Source of the DNA: Thermodesulfobacteriota bacterium
Lineage (GTDB): Bacteria; Desulfobacterota; Desulfobacteria; Desulfobacterales; SURF-7
Direction of reading: 5' to 3'
Length of the DNA stretch: 64,000 nucleotides
Assembly: GCA_049320885.1 (NCBI GenBank)
Contig: JBMORA010000013.1
Location: 32,001 to 96,000 of the forward strand
Positions within the stretch are counted from its first letter, which is position 1. Every line of letters begins with the position of its first letter. Below the pieces are notes generated by a model. It made no database searches, was not told the origin of the DNA, and worked only from the letters and a program-made list of their open reading frames with translations. Shown piece after piece: positions 29,214-39,301 of this stretch. The translations under genes were made by a program, and so were the position numbers.

Positions 29214-31499
29214 ATGAAAGGCGGTTCCATCCGGAAAAAAATCACCAGCGCCAGCACCATGGGAGTTGCGGCCATGGCGCTTCTGATGGTGGGTGTCCTG
29301 CTGTTGCAGCAACGGGAAATCCGCGGGCTCAGCCGTTCCACTCAGGAGAATATCGGCAACGAGCTGCTGGAATTGACGAAAAGTGAAACCGCCAAAGTCG
29401 CCCGCGGTGTTTACCTCATGTGTCAGGCGATCCAGGAAGCCACGGAGCAGAAAGTGGTTTCCGATCTCAAGGTCGCCCGGGAGATCCTGAACCGGACCGG
29501 CGAGGTTTCCTTTTCAGACGAAACCGTGGCTTGGGAGGCCGTCAACCAGTTCACCCAAAAAACGGAAAAGATCGTATTGAGAAAAATGATGGTCGGCGAT
29601 ACCTGGCTGGGGCAGAACACCGACCCGGCGGTTCCGTCTCCGGTGGTGGATAAGACCAAGTCCCTGGTGGGCGGAACCTGCACCATTTTTCAGCGTATGA
29701 ATCCGGTCGGTGACATGCTGCGCGTGTGCACCAATGTCAAAAAAACGGACGGACGTCGGGCCATCGGCACCTTCATCCCGGCCATCGGCACCAAAAACGA
29801 TCCCACCCTGCCCAATCCGGTGGTCCAGACGGTCTTGCAGGGCAAAACCTTCACCGGCCGCGCCTTCGTGGTGGATGACTGGTATATCACCTCGTATGAA
29901 CCCATCAAGGACAAGGATGACGCCGTGGTGGGGGTCCTGTACGTCGGCGTCAAACAGGGAAATGTGGACTGCCTGAAAAAAGGGATCCAGAAAACCGTGG
30001 TCGGCAAAACCGGATACGTGTATGTGCTGGGCGCCGAGGGTGAACAGAAAGGCGTCTATATCCTATCCAAGGACGGCAAACGGGACGGCGAAAACATCCT
30101 CGATTCCCGGGATTCCGAGGGTAATTATTTCATCCGCGATATCATCAACAAGGCCCTGGCCATGAAGCCGGCGACAGGGGAAGAGGAGATCCCCATCGAC
30201 TATCAACGCTATCCCTGGATCAACAAGGAAGCAGGCGAAAACCAGGCCCGCATGAAAATCGCGGCCATCGCCTATTTCAGGCCCTGGGATTGGGTCATCG
30301 GCGCCGGCGTGTACGAAGATGACTACCAGGACGTTCATTTCCGGATCCAGCATGCGCTGGGCAAAATCGATGCCGCCATCGTTTCCATGATTTTATGGAC
30401 CGTATTTTCCGCCGCGCTGCTGACGACGATTTTCTTTTTCGTCTCCCTTTTCATGGCCCGATCCATCTCCGCACCCTTGAATCAGGCGGGCAATGTGCTG
30501 AAAGACATCGCCGAAGGGGAAGGAAATCTCAAGGCGCGATTGGGCATTCACAGCGACGATGAGGTCGGCGGCCTTGCCAGGTACTTCAACCTGTTTGTGG
30601 AAAAGCTGGCCGGCATCATCCGGGACGTCAGCACCAATTCGGAACAGTTGAACCGTTCGGCGGCCAGATTTTCCGATCTGGCCCAAAGCATGTCCCGTTC
30701 GGCCGCCGAGACATCCCAGCAATCCAACGCCGTGGCGAGCTCGTCGGAGGAAATGAGTTCCAGCATGAGCGCCATCGCCTCCTCCATGGAGCAGATTTCA
30801 ACCAACGCGAATATCGTCGCATCGTCCGTGGAGGAAATGACTTCGACCATCAACGAGATTTCGGCCAATTCGGAAAAAGCCCGCTTCATCAGCGGCGAAG
30901 CCGTCACCCAGGCCGGAACAGCATCCAAGCGGGTGCAGGCCCTCGGGCAGGCAGCCCAGGAAATCGGCAAAGTCACCGAAGCCATCAATGAAATCTCCGA
31001 ACAGACCAATCTTCTGGCCCTGAACGCCACCATCGAAGCGGCGCGCGCCGGCGAGGCCGGCAAGGGGTTCGCGGTGGTGGCCAATGAAATCAAGGAACTG
31101 GCCAGGCAAACCGCTGGCGCCACCCAGGAAATCAAGGCCAGAATCCACGGCATCCAGGATTCCACCTCCGGAACGGTGGGCGATATCGAAAACATCTCCG
31201 CCGTCATCAACCAGATCAACGAAATCGTGGCCATGATCGCCGCCTCCATCGAGGAACAATCCGTGACCACCCGGGAGATAGCCGGCAATATCGCCCAGAG
31301 CTCCGCCGGTATTCAGGAAGTGAATCAGAATATTTCCCAGATTTTGAACGCCTCCGCCAATATCGCCGGTGAGATCACGGGCGTCAGTCGGCAGGCCCAT
31401 GAAATGGCTGATAACAGCCGAATGCTGAACGGCGGAGCCGAGGAACTTCGGAATCTATCGGAAAAACTGAAGGCACTGGTGGAGCGTTTCAAGATATAG
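29214..31499 (+). CDS. Methyl-accepting chemotaxis protein with periplasmic Cache domains and HAMP
   Basis: Two TMs, GGTCTIFQR...RRAIGT Cache motif, [50 protein letters not shown]. Confidence 0.95.
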   Translation: MKGGSIRKKITSASTMGVAAMALLMVGVLLLQQREIRGLSRSTQENIGNELLELTKSETAKVARGVYLMCQAIQEATEQKVVSDLKVAREILNRTGEVSFSDETVAWEAVNQFTQKTEKIVLRKMMVGDTWLGQNTDPAVPSPVVDKTKSLVGGTCTIFQRMNPVGDMLRVCTNVKKTDGRRAIGTFIPAIGTKNDPTLPNPVVQTVLQGKTFTGRAFVVDDWYITSYEPIKDKDDAVVGVLYVGVKQGNVDCLKKGIQKTVVGKTGYVYVLGAEGEQKGVYILSKDGKRDGENILDSRDSEGNYFIRDIINKALAMKPATGEEEIPIDYQRYPWINKEAGENQARMKIAAIAYFRPWDWVIGAGVYEDDYQDVHFRIQHALGKIDAAIVSMILWTVFSAALLTTIFFFVSLFMARSISAPLNQAGNVLKDIAEGEGNLKARLGIHSDDEVGGLARYFNLFVEKLAGIIRDVSTNSEQLNRSAARFSDLAQSMSRSAAETSQQSNAVASSSEEMSSSMSAIASSMEQISTNANIVASSVEEMTSTINEISANSEKARFISGEAVTQAGTASKRVQALGQAAQEIGKVTEAINEISEQTNLLALNATIEAARAGEAGKGFAVVANEIKELARQTAGATQEIKARIHGIQDSTSGTVGDIENISAVINQINEIVAMIAASIEEQSVTTREIAGNIAQSSAGIQEVNQNISQILNASANIAGEITGVSRQAHEMADNSRMLNGGAEELRNLSEKLKALVERFKI

Positions 31500-31513
31500 G
31501 CCGGCTGCCTCGC

Positions 31514-32395
31514 CTAAAGCGGTATACGCGAAACAGCCCCGGCATCCAGAATCTCAAAAACCGCCTGTTTGATCTTCCCCAGCTCCGCCGGTTTTTCCAA
31601 AAACCGGATTTGATCGCGCTGGAAAAGCGTTCGTTCTTCATCGTTGGGGTTCCCGGAAAGAAAGAGAAACCGCCTACCCACTTCCGGGTGGACTTTCGAC
31701 AGGGAACGGTAGAATTCCGGTCCATCCATCACCGGCATGTTCACATCACTGACGATAACGGCATAATACCCATCCAGGGCCATGCGCAGCGCCTCCGCTC
31801 CGTTGGTCGCAACATCCACCAGCCCATACTTTTTCAACGTTTCCTTGAGGATTTCCGTGATGGGTGGAAAATCATCCACCACCAGGATGCGTTCCCGCCA
31901 GATGGTGGGCAGGGTTGTGATGCGGGGCAGATAATGGGAGGCTTTCGGATGTTTTTCGATTTCATGTTCGATCCAGCGGAGGTGGTGTTGAATTTTCGGG
32001 GCGATGGAACGGAAGCCGTCCGTGGTGTGCTTCAGGGAATCGATCACATATACAAAGATATCGTTCCATTCCGAAAATTCAGACTCCGCAATGGTTTCGA
32101 TCATCGCTTCCCCTGTCAGGGTTTTATCTGCCAATCGGGACCTCGCGGTTCGCAGCGGTTCCTCAATCTTCTGCTTGATGGGGTCGTCCACTTCCAGGCA
32201 ATATTCAGCGGCAGGCAGCTGGTGCGTTTCCCGCACGGCTTTTTCCAGCATGCGGAGATGCCAGGCTTCATCATCTGCCAGCTGAAGCAGAAAATTCTTC
32301 ATCGAGCCATCACCTTCCAGAAAGGCGGCTGCCTCCCGGTATATTTCCGATGCGGACCTTTCAATGGTGAGCAACCATTGCACCGTGCTCTTCAT
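31514..32395 (-). CDS. Ferritin/rubrerythrin-like domain fused to a C-terminal receiver domain
   Basis: IERSASEIY and LADDEAWH (ExxH) in the N-terminus; ILVVDD, SDVNMPVMDG, FLSG, KP in the receiver. Confidence 0.8.
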   Translation of the reverse strand: MKSTVQWLLTIERSASEIYREAAAFLEGDGSMKNFLLQLADDEAWHLRMLEKAVRETHQLPAAEYCLEVDDPIKQKIEEPLRTARSRLADKTLTGEAMIETIAESEFSEWNDIFVYVIDSLKHTTDGFRSIAPKIQHHLRWIEHEIEKHPKASHYLPRITTLPTIWRERILVVDDFPPITEILKETLKKYGLVDVATNGAEALRMALDGYYAVIVSDVNMPVMDGPEFYRSLSKVHPEVGRRFLFLSGNPNDEERTLFQRDQIRFLEKPAELGKIKQAVFEILDAGAVSRIPL

Positions 32396-32646
32396 GGCCG
32401 GCCTCCCTGAACTCCCTGAGCGTCGACTCACACCGGGAACGTCGCTCCAGAAGGAGGGTCGATTTCCGGATTCATTTGTTTCAAGGTAGGCACCGCCCAT
32501 GAATTGTCAATCCATGGGTTTGGCAGCAGCGGTTGTTCAAGGTTCCGGTAGGTGATTGCAGAAACGGCTGGATTGCCGGATCGATTTGTGGCACATTCCG
32601 TTCAGACTGACGGACCTTTTCTCCCAAGAAAGGATGCAGGCGCCAT

Positions 32647-33561
32647 ATGCTGAATCTCTCCACATCCTGGACTTCCCAATCCTGTGGAAGCGGGGACGAA
32701 TTGATAAAACGGTTGCGCGCTTTTGATGTCTCCGGGATCGAACTCGAATATCGCCTCCGGCCGGCTGTGGTCGAGTCCATGCGCCCAGCCTTGAGAAATC
32801 ATTCCCCTGCCGTTCACAGCATCCATAATTATTTCCCGGCGCCGCCCGAGGAAACCGGCCTGCGGCCCGGGGGGGATATTTTCCGGCTTTCCCATCCGGA
32901 CCCGGAGGAACGCCGGAACGCCGTGACCTGGACAGCCCGCAGCATGGAACAGGCCGATGATCTGGAAGCCGGGGTGCTGGTGCTGCATTGCGGATATGTG
33001 GAAATGCCCCATGGATCGAAACAATTGCATGATTTCTATCGAACCGGCCGGCTTGCTTCGGAAACGGCGCAGGCATTTCTCCGGGACCGGATTGCCGAAA
33101 AAGAACGCTTGAAGCCACCGTATCTTGATGGTCTGCTGATGAGCCTGGACCGCCTGATCCCCCTTGCCCTGAAGCGGAATCTGGTATTGGGACTCGAAAA
33201 CCGCTTTGATCATCATGAGTTGCCGGGACCCGACGATTTCGATTCGATTTTCAGGGAATTCAAGGGCGCCCCCATCGGTTACTGGCATGACTGCGGTCAT
33301 GCCCACGCCGCGGAGATCCTGGGATTGGTCGAGCCGTCGGGCCTGTTACAGCGCTACGGCGACCATCTGGTCGGCGTCCACCTGCATGACGCCCTTGGCC
33401 TGGATGACCATCTGGTCCCGGGCCGGGGGGAAATCGACTTTACGCTTCTGAAGCCCTATCTCAAAAACGACATACCTCTGGTGCTCGAACTCAAGCCCGG
33501 CACCACCGATGCGGAGGTGGTCGAAGGCATCCGTTATCTACGGACGGTGCTGGCGGTGTAA
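32647..33561 (+). CDS. Sugar phosphate isomerase/epimerase-like TIM barrel (AP endonuclease 2 family)
   Basis: [45 protein letters not shown]. Confidence 0.85.
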   Translation: MLNLSTSWTSQSCGSGDELIKRLRAFDVSGIELEYRLRPAVVESMRPALRNHSPAVHSIHNYFPAPPEETGLRPGGDIFRLSHPDPEERRNAVTWTARSMEQADDLEAGVLVLHCGYVEMPHGSKQLHDFYRTGRLASETAQAFLRDRIAEKERLKPPYLDGLLMSLDRLIPLALKRNLVLGLENRFDHHELPGPDDFDSIFREFKGAPIGYWHDCGHAHAAEILGLVEPSGLLQRYGDHLVGVHLHDALGLDDHLVPGRGEIDFTLLKPYLKNDIPLVLELKPGTTDAEVVEGIRYLRTVLAV

Positions 33562-35333
33562 CTCATCCGGATTTGCGGCAACGCCCTTTGTTCATGACCG
33601 TCGGTCCCGCCTGATCGCTTCAATTGAAAACCGCCTAAAAGCGCACGCATCTTGGCGGCCTGGGCGGAAAGCTCCTCTGACGCAGCCGAGGTTTCCTCGG
33701 CGTTGGCCGTGTTTTGCTGCGTAACGCCGTCGATCTGGGAAAGTCCCTGGTTGACCTGGGTGATACCCTGGGCCTGTTCGCTGCTGGCGGCCGCGATTTC
33801 TCCCACCAGATCGGAAGCACGGGCGATCCCCTCCTGGATGGCTGCCAGCGCCGCGCCTGTTTTTTCCATGATATCGCTGCCGTTATCGACGTTCGCAATC
33901 GCCGTTTCAATCAACGCCGCGGTTTCCTGGGCCGCTTTGGCGCTTCTGGCCGCGAGTGTCCGGACTTCCTGGGCCACAACGGCGAAGCCTTTGCCGTGTT
34001 TTCCAGCCCGCGCCGCCTCCACGGCGGCGTTCAAGGCGAGGAGATTGGTCTGGAAGGCGATGTCGTCGATGGTCTTGATGATTTTCGAGATTTCCTTGCT
34101 GGAGGCAGTGATGGCGTCCATGGCCCGTCTCATCTCTTCCATCCGGCGAACCCCGGTGGCGGAATCATCCTTCGCCGAAGCGGCAAGCTGATTCGCCTGG
34201 ACGGCGTTCTCCGCGTTGGTTTTGGTTTGTGTGCCGATTTCAGCCATGGAGCTGGTAATTTCCTCCAGAGAGGAGGCCTGCTCGGTGGCGCCCTGGGAAA
34301 GGGATTGACTGGAGCCGGAAACCTGATTGGAGCCCTCATCGACTTGCTGGGCGGCAAGATAGAGGTCGCCGATCACCTGGTTCAAGCTGGCGACCATATG
34401 GCTCAATGCCGCCCCCAATTGATCGGCATCGGATTTCGTATCCACTTCAATATTGAGATTTCCCCTGGCGATTTCAGAGGCAGCGACGGCTTTTTCCTTC
34501 ATGTATTCGATCAGCTGGGAGAAGGCTCGGCCCGTGTCGCCCAGTTCGTCCCCCCGGGAATTGATGCCGGCGATTGCCTCCATGTCCATTCCTGCAAGGG
34601 CGATATCCCCCATCGAAAACCGCCGCGCCCCTTCGGCGACCATGCGGATGGGTGCGATGATGGAGCGGCTCAGAAGCCATACAATCAGTACGGCGGCAAA
34701 GAGACTGATGCCGGCGACAATGACCAGGATCATCACCATTCGTCGGTAGATGGGTCCGGTGGAACGATAGGCGTCATCGGCCATTTTTCCGCTGATCTCA
34801 ATGAGCTGATCCAGATGTGCGCGCATCGCATCGAATTTTTCCTTGGCCTGGCCCAGCGACAGATCCAGGGCCACCCGCCTGCCATCGCGGGTGTCCGCCA
34901 TTCGTCCGTCCACGATCTGCCGGGAAACGGCCGCCCACTCTTCCCGCGCTTTCTCATATGCGGGAATAACGGCTTTTTCTTCCACGCTGACAGCCAAGGT
35001 TTTATAATTTTCCCAGCGCTGCCGGGCCTGCCTCAGGTTTTCTTCATAATCGGCAGCCAGTTTTTTGAACCCGTCCGTTCCGGTGCTGGCGAAAATCATG
35101 GACCGTTCGGCCACCAACAGCTGTTGCAGATCCCGGTCCGCCTGAACCAGATAATCGATGGCCGGCATATGAACGGTGGCGATGTCGTCCAGTTCAAACT
35201 TGATGGCGCGGATACTCGTGTAACCGGTGATGCCGATAACGGCCAGGAAAAGAATCATGACGCCGAAAGCGAGGGTGAATTTGGCGCTGACCTTTAGATT
35301 ACGGAAACGGTTCACCTTGTCCTCCCCTGTCAT
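33534..35333 (-). CDS. Methyl-accepting chemotaxis protein (four-helix-bundle sensor, HAMP)
   Basis: Two TMs, DELG HAMP motifs, [30 protein letters not shown]. Confidence 0.95.
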   Translation of the reverse strand: MTGEDKVNRFRNLKVSAKFTLAFGVMILFLAVIGITGYTSIRAIKFELDDIATVHMPAIDYLVQADRDLQQLLVAERSMIFASTGTDGFKKLAADYEENLRQARQRWENYKTLAVSVEEKAVIPAYEKAREEWAAVSRQIVDGRMADTRDGRRVALDLSLGQAKEKFDAMRAHLDQLIEISGKMADDAYRSTGPIYRRMVMILVIVAGISLFAAVLIVWLLSRSIIAPIRMVAEGARRFSMGDIALAGMDMEAIAGINSRGDELGDTGRAFSQLIEYMKEKAVAASEIARGNLNIEVDTKSDADQLGAALSHMVASLNQVIGDLYLAAQQVDEGSNQVSGSSQSLSQGATEQASSLEEITSSMAEIGTQTKTNAENAVQANQLAASAKDDSATGVRRMEEMRRAMDAITASSKEISKIIKTIDDIAFQTNLLALNAAVEAARAGKHGKGFAVVAQEVRTLAARSAKAAQETAALIETAIANVDNGSDIMEKTGAALAAIQEGIARASDLVGEIAAASSEQAQGITQVNQGLSQIDGVTQQNTANAEETSAASEELSAQAAKMRALLGGFQLKRSGGTDGHEQRALPQIRMSYTASTVRR

Positions 35334-35417
35334 ACCGTCTCTCCATGCCAGACAAGACGGGGCATACGGGAATAATCCCTGATCGATGACCGGCTGGATG
35401 AAAGGATAAGGATACGG

Positions 35418-35981
35418 TTACTGAACCTTATCGATATCGATGCCGAAGGTGATGGCGCCGACGGCTTTATCGGCGTCCATCACCGGAACCGAAATCTGGA
35501 CCAGATAGGCCTGGGAACTGTCATCGAACTCCACCTCGTCGACAAACACCGCGCCCTGACCTTTATTGAACGATTTTTGGAACTTGTCTTCATCTCCCTG
35601 CCAGTAGTCGGACGTCTTGTCGGTCATGGCCACATTGGCGCCCTGGTTGTCCATTACAAAAATTTCAGCGTAGTACGGAGCGCTCTTCTGAATCGTTCCC
35701 AGGTATTTGCCGCATTCGGAATCCATGAGGGCCTTCATGTAGTCGGCGATCCCGGCCTGGTCCGTCCATTTGGCATCCATGGCCTTGATCTGATCCAGTG
35801 TCTGCCCCTTGGCGTTGGCCTCCTGCACGGCCTTCACAACAATCGGATCAAGGCCTAGTTTCGCCAGGGAGGTGTTGGCGAGATCGACCACTTTTTGGGG
35901 CGCTTTTTCCCCGCTCCAGACCATACCGGAAAAACCGAATACAAACAGGCAAAGGGAAACAACGGCAATGATTCTTTTCAT
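35418..35981 (-). CDS. Secreted stand-alone Cache/PDC sensor-domain protein
   Basis: Signal peptide; EIFVMDNQGANVAMTDKTSDYWQGDEDKF, VEFDDSS, QISVPV, GAITFG; GGAGG RBS. Confidence 0.8.
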   Translation of the reverse strand: MKRIIAVVSLCLFVFGFSGMVWSGEKAPQKVVDLANTSLAKLGLDPIVVKAVQEANAKGQTLDQIKAMDAKWTDQAGIADYMKALMDSECGKYLGTIQKSAPYYAEIFVMDNQGANVAMTDKTSDYWQGDEDKFQKSFNKGQGAVFVDEVEFDDSSQAYLVQISVPVMDADKAVGAITFGIDIDKVQ

Positions 35982-36151
35982 GGACAGCCTCCTTTTCGAT
36001 AATAGGGTGATTACGCGCCGGCACTGCGGCTTGAAGCGAAACAATATCAAACAGAATATGGTTGTGATTTCGGGAAATCGGCTGCCGCCCGCCCCGCATG
36101 CTGGGGCACGGCGCTCGTGAGAATCGTGAAATGCTGTTATCGTGTCATTTC

Positions 36152-36180
36152 AGTATATTTAATTGATATCAGGCTGTCAA
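36152..36180 (-). promoter_or_regulatory. Consensus sigma70 promoter for the Cache-MCP pair
   Basis: Minus strand TTGACA-17 nt-TATACT. Confidence 0.7.
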
Positions 36181-36220
36181 TAAGAATCTGCGCTGACAAG
36201 ATGGGAGGCGGATCCCGGAA

Positions 36221-37456
36221 TCAAAAGGAAACGGAAAACACACTGCGGTCCAGGCACCAGTAGGGCACCGCCTGACCGGCGGAAAGCGTCGTCACCCCTT
36301 CCGGAATTTCCACCAGGGCCTGGGTCCGAAACATGCCCGTCAGCCGGCTTTTCAGTTTCTCTGGCCGCAGAAGCGCCCTGTCTTCCTGTAAAATGATCCG
36401 ACACTGGACGAACTGGGTCCAGTCGGCCTGGCCATTGACGGGTGTTTCCAGCGCGCCGGTCAATCGCAGGTAGGGAAAGCGGGAATGACCGGCCATTTTC
36501 AGGATACCGGGCAGGGCGATCATCAGGAAGGCCATTTCGTTCGAGGTCGGCCCACCGGGAAGACAGAACACCGGCTTGCCGTCCAGGATAGCCAGGCCCA
36601 CCGCTTTTCCAGGTCCCATTCGGACCCGGTGAAAAATCTGCTCGGCGCCCATGGCCGCCAGCACCTTGACGATCAGATCCCGGTCGCCCTTCCAGGCGCC
36701 GCCGGAAGTCACCACGACATCGCTGCGGGAGAGGAGGTCGGCAACGGCCGTCTGGATGGCGCCACCGTCATCAGCGGCATGCAACAGGTTTGTCTCCAGC
36801 TTTTTGGTACGCAGCCAGGCTTCCTGGAGGGCGACATTGCTGGCGAAGAGCTTTCCCTTTTCCAGAATCCGGCCGGGCAGAAGCACCTCGCTGCCGGTGG
36901 CCAGAAGGCCAACCCGCGGATGGGTGAAAACCGGCACGGCGGCGATCCCGCCGGCCACCAGCAGACTGGTCAGGGGAGGCGTGATCACCATGCCCGCATC
37001 GGCCAGTATTTCGCCGGACTTGACATCGGCGCCCTGGGGCAAAATATTTCTCCCTTTGGACGCATCGGCCAGCGCCAATACGGTGTCGCCCTCCGTCCGG
37101 GCGAATTCTTCCGCCAGCACCGCATCGGCCCCGTCCGGAATCGGCGCTCCGCTGAGAATCCGCAGGGCGTTTCCGGGAAGAACCTTCCGGGCGGAGCATT
37201 CTCCAGCAGCCACCCGACCCGACAATGCCAGCCTGACCGGAGCGGTTTCAGAGGCCGTTGTCAGATCCCTGCTGAACACGGCGAATCCGTCCTTGATGGA
37301 GGCGTCCACGGAAGGAGAGTCCACCATGGAATATACCGGTTCCGCGCAAATCCTGCCGGCCGCCTGGAGTATCGGGAGGATTTCCTTACGCGGCGCAGGC
37401 ATGTGCGTAAGGGTCAGCCGAAGGGCCTGTTGAAAGCCGATATCGTATCGTTTCAT
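36221..37456 (-). CDS. moeA: Molybdopterin molybdotransferase MoeA
   Basis: SIKDGFAV, ILSGAPIPDGADAV, ATGSEV, TSGG, MGPGK, LPGGP. Confidence 0.85.
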   Translation of the reverse strand: MKRYDIGFQQALRLTLTHMPAPRKEILPILQAAGRICAEPVYSMVDSPSVDASIKDGFAVFSRDLTTASETAPVRLALSGRVAAGECSARKVLPGNALRILSGAPIPDGADAVLAEEFARTEGDTVLALADASKGRNILPQGADVKSGEILADAGMVITPPLTSLLVAGGIAAVPVFTHPRVGLLATGSEVLLPGRILEKGKLFASNVALQEAWLRTKKLETNLLHAADDGGAIQTAVADLLSRSDVVVTSGGAWKGDRDLIVKVLAAMGAEQIFHRVRMGPGKAVGLAILDGKPVFCLPGGPTSNEMAFLMIALPGILKMAGHSRFPYLRLTGALETPVNGQADWTQFVQCRIILQEDRALLRPEKLKSRLTGMFRTQALVEIPEGVTTLSAGQAVPYWCLDRSVFSVSF

Positions 37457-38163
37457 TCCGCCTCCTCGAAAATTTTCTGGATCATGCGGAGATGAAGAAT
37501 CGGCAGCAGTTTATTGATCACGCCGATGGCGTCCCTGGCCAGCTTCGAGGCCGTGTCCCGGTCGATTCCTTTTCCGGCGATCCGCTTGCTGAACAGCTCC
37601 ACTTCCTTGCGGGCCAGGAATTCGATCAGATCCAGATGGACCCGTAAATGTTCCACCTGGAAATTCAAGTCCTGGCTCAGACCGACCTTTCGCAGTTCCG
37701 CCACGATTTCGGTCAGGCGGATACACTCCCCATCGAAACGGCCTTCCGGACCGGGCAGGATCATTTCCAGCCGCACCATGTCCGCGATTTCCTCCGGAGT
37801 CAAACCCGTATGGTGCGACAGCTCCTCGGCGCTCATGGACGGGGGTTTGCCGTTGGAATGGCCGTTCTCGAAAAGCGGCTTGTCGATCTCCCGGACAAGG
37901 GCCCTGGAATCCCCGCCGTTTGAAAAATCCATATCCGCCAGCAAGGTTTTGATGATATCCAGCGGCAGAAAACGCGTTTTTTGCAATTCCTTGATCACCC
38001 GGATACGCTCAATATAGCTTTCGTCGTAATAGGCCATATTCTTATGGGTTTTCACCGGATGGGGCAGCACTCCCTGATGGATGTAGTAGCGGATGGTGCC
38101 ACCGCTGACCCCGGTGATCTCCGCGAGCTCTTTCATCTTCAACAATTTTTGCTTTTTCATCAC
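37453..38163 (-). CDS. MerR-family transcriptional regulator
   Basis: MKELAEITGVSGGTIRYYIHQGVLPHP winged HTH; second degenerate HTH (EELSHHTGLT). Confidence 0.88.
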   Translation of the reverse strand: MMKKQKLLKMKELAEITGVSGGTIRYYIHQGVLPHPVKTHKNMAYYDESYIERIRVIKELQKTRFLPLDIIKTLLADMDFSNGGDSRALVREIDKPLFENGHSNGKPPSMSAEELSHHTGLTPEEIADMVRLEMILPGPEGRFDGECIRLTEIVAELRKVGLSQDLNFQVEHLRVHLDLIEFLARKEVELFSKRIAGKGIDRDTASKLARDAIGVINKLLPILHLRMIQKIFEEAE

Positions 38164-38181
38164 AGGCGTTTTGTTTGATGG

Positions 38182-39207
38182 CTATTTGCCGAACGGACAG
38201 ACCGGAAAACGGCATTCCGGGCAGTCCAGACATAACCCGCCGTGTCCCATAACGGCGAGTTCCGTCCGATCGACGGTTTCACCTGCCAGGATCCTCGGCA
38301 GGATCAGATCCAGCACGGTGGTTTTGTGGTAGATGCCGCAGGCGGGAACCCCCAGGACAGGAACGTCGCCGATATAGGCCAGCATGAACATGGCTCCGGG
38401 CAGTATCGGCGCTCCATACAACAATCGCCGGCCGCCGGCCTGCTGAACGGCCGCGCGGGTAACATCGTCCGGATCCACGGACATGCCTCCGGTGGTCAGA
38501 ATCAAATCCAGCTCGTCCTCAATGAAGGACAAGAGTCGTTTCCGGATGACCGCCGTGTCGTCCGTTACGATTTCAACCCGCAACACCCGGGCTCCGAGAT
38601 CGGTGAGCTTGCTTCTCAGGATCCCTTCGAAACGATCCGGAATCAAGCCCTCGGCGATTTCGCTTCCGGTGATCAGAATCCCCACCCGGGCCTTCCGGAG
38701 GGGCTTTATCGCCAGCAGCCCGGAGCAGTCCCCGGCGATATCCACGGCCTGTTCCACGATCTCCTTGCGAATCAGGAGCGGAATGGCGCGGGTGGCGGCG
38801 ATGATATCACCCTTGTGCACCACGGTGCCATGGTGTCGGGTGGCGCACATGACCTCGCCGAGCAGGTTGATGCGGGTCAGGGCGTCAATCTGGACGGCTA
38901 ACAGGCCGTCCTCCAAGGCGCAAAGCTTCAGCTTGCCCTCCACCGGCTCTCCATTCCAACCGACGCCGTCGCCGCAGAAGGCTTCGGCCATGACCATCAC
39001 CGCATTGTCCTCATGCAGGTAATCGTCCGGCTGATCGATGACAAAAATATGGCGCTTGCCGAGCCGTTGCAGGTGGCACAGATCGTCGTCGCAGATGCGA
39101 TGACCTTTTTTGAAGGCCCGGCCTTTGAATTCGCCGGGTCTGATTTCCGTGATATCATGAGCCAGAATGTGGCCCACGGCTTCCTCGGTTCTGATGGTTT
39201 TCAGCAT
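38182..39207 (-). CDS. Molybdopterin-binding protein (MoeA-like, MoCF_biosynth domain)
   Basis: LAHDITEI, AFKKGH, ATRAIPL, TGSEI, TGGMSVDPDDVT, PILPGAMF, C-terminal GGLCLDCPECRFPVCPFG. Confidence 0.85.
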   Translation of the reverse strand: MLKTIRTEEAVGHILAHDITEIRPGEFKGRAFKKGHRICDDDLCHLQRLGKRHIFVIDQPDDYLHEDNAVMVMAEAFCGDGVGWNGEPVEGKLKLCALEDGLLAVQIDALTRINLLGEVMCATRHHGTVVHKGDIIAATRAIPLLIRKEIVEQAVDIAGDCSGLLAIKPLRKARVGILITGSEIAEGLIPDRFEGILRSKLTDLGARVLRVEIVTDDTAVIRKRLLSFIEDELDLILTTGGMSVDPDDVTRAAVQQAGGRRLLYGAPILPGAMFMLAYIGDVPVLGVPACGIYHKTTVLDLILPRILAGETVDRTELAVMGHGGLCLDCPECRFPVCPFGK

Positions 39208-39301
39208 GGTTTCACTCAATCTGTTTCCGAACCGCTCAAGCGACCGCCCGGGAACCTTCCGTCTCCGGTGGTCGGCAACCCGTTCCCCGAGCGGTTACCG
39301 G

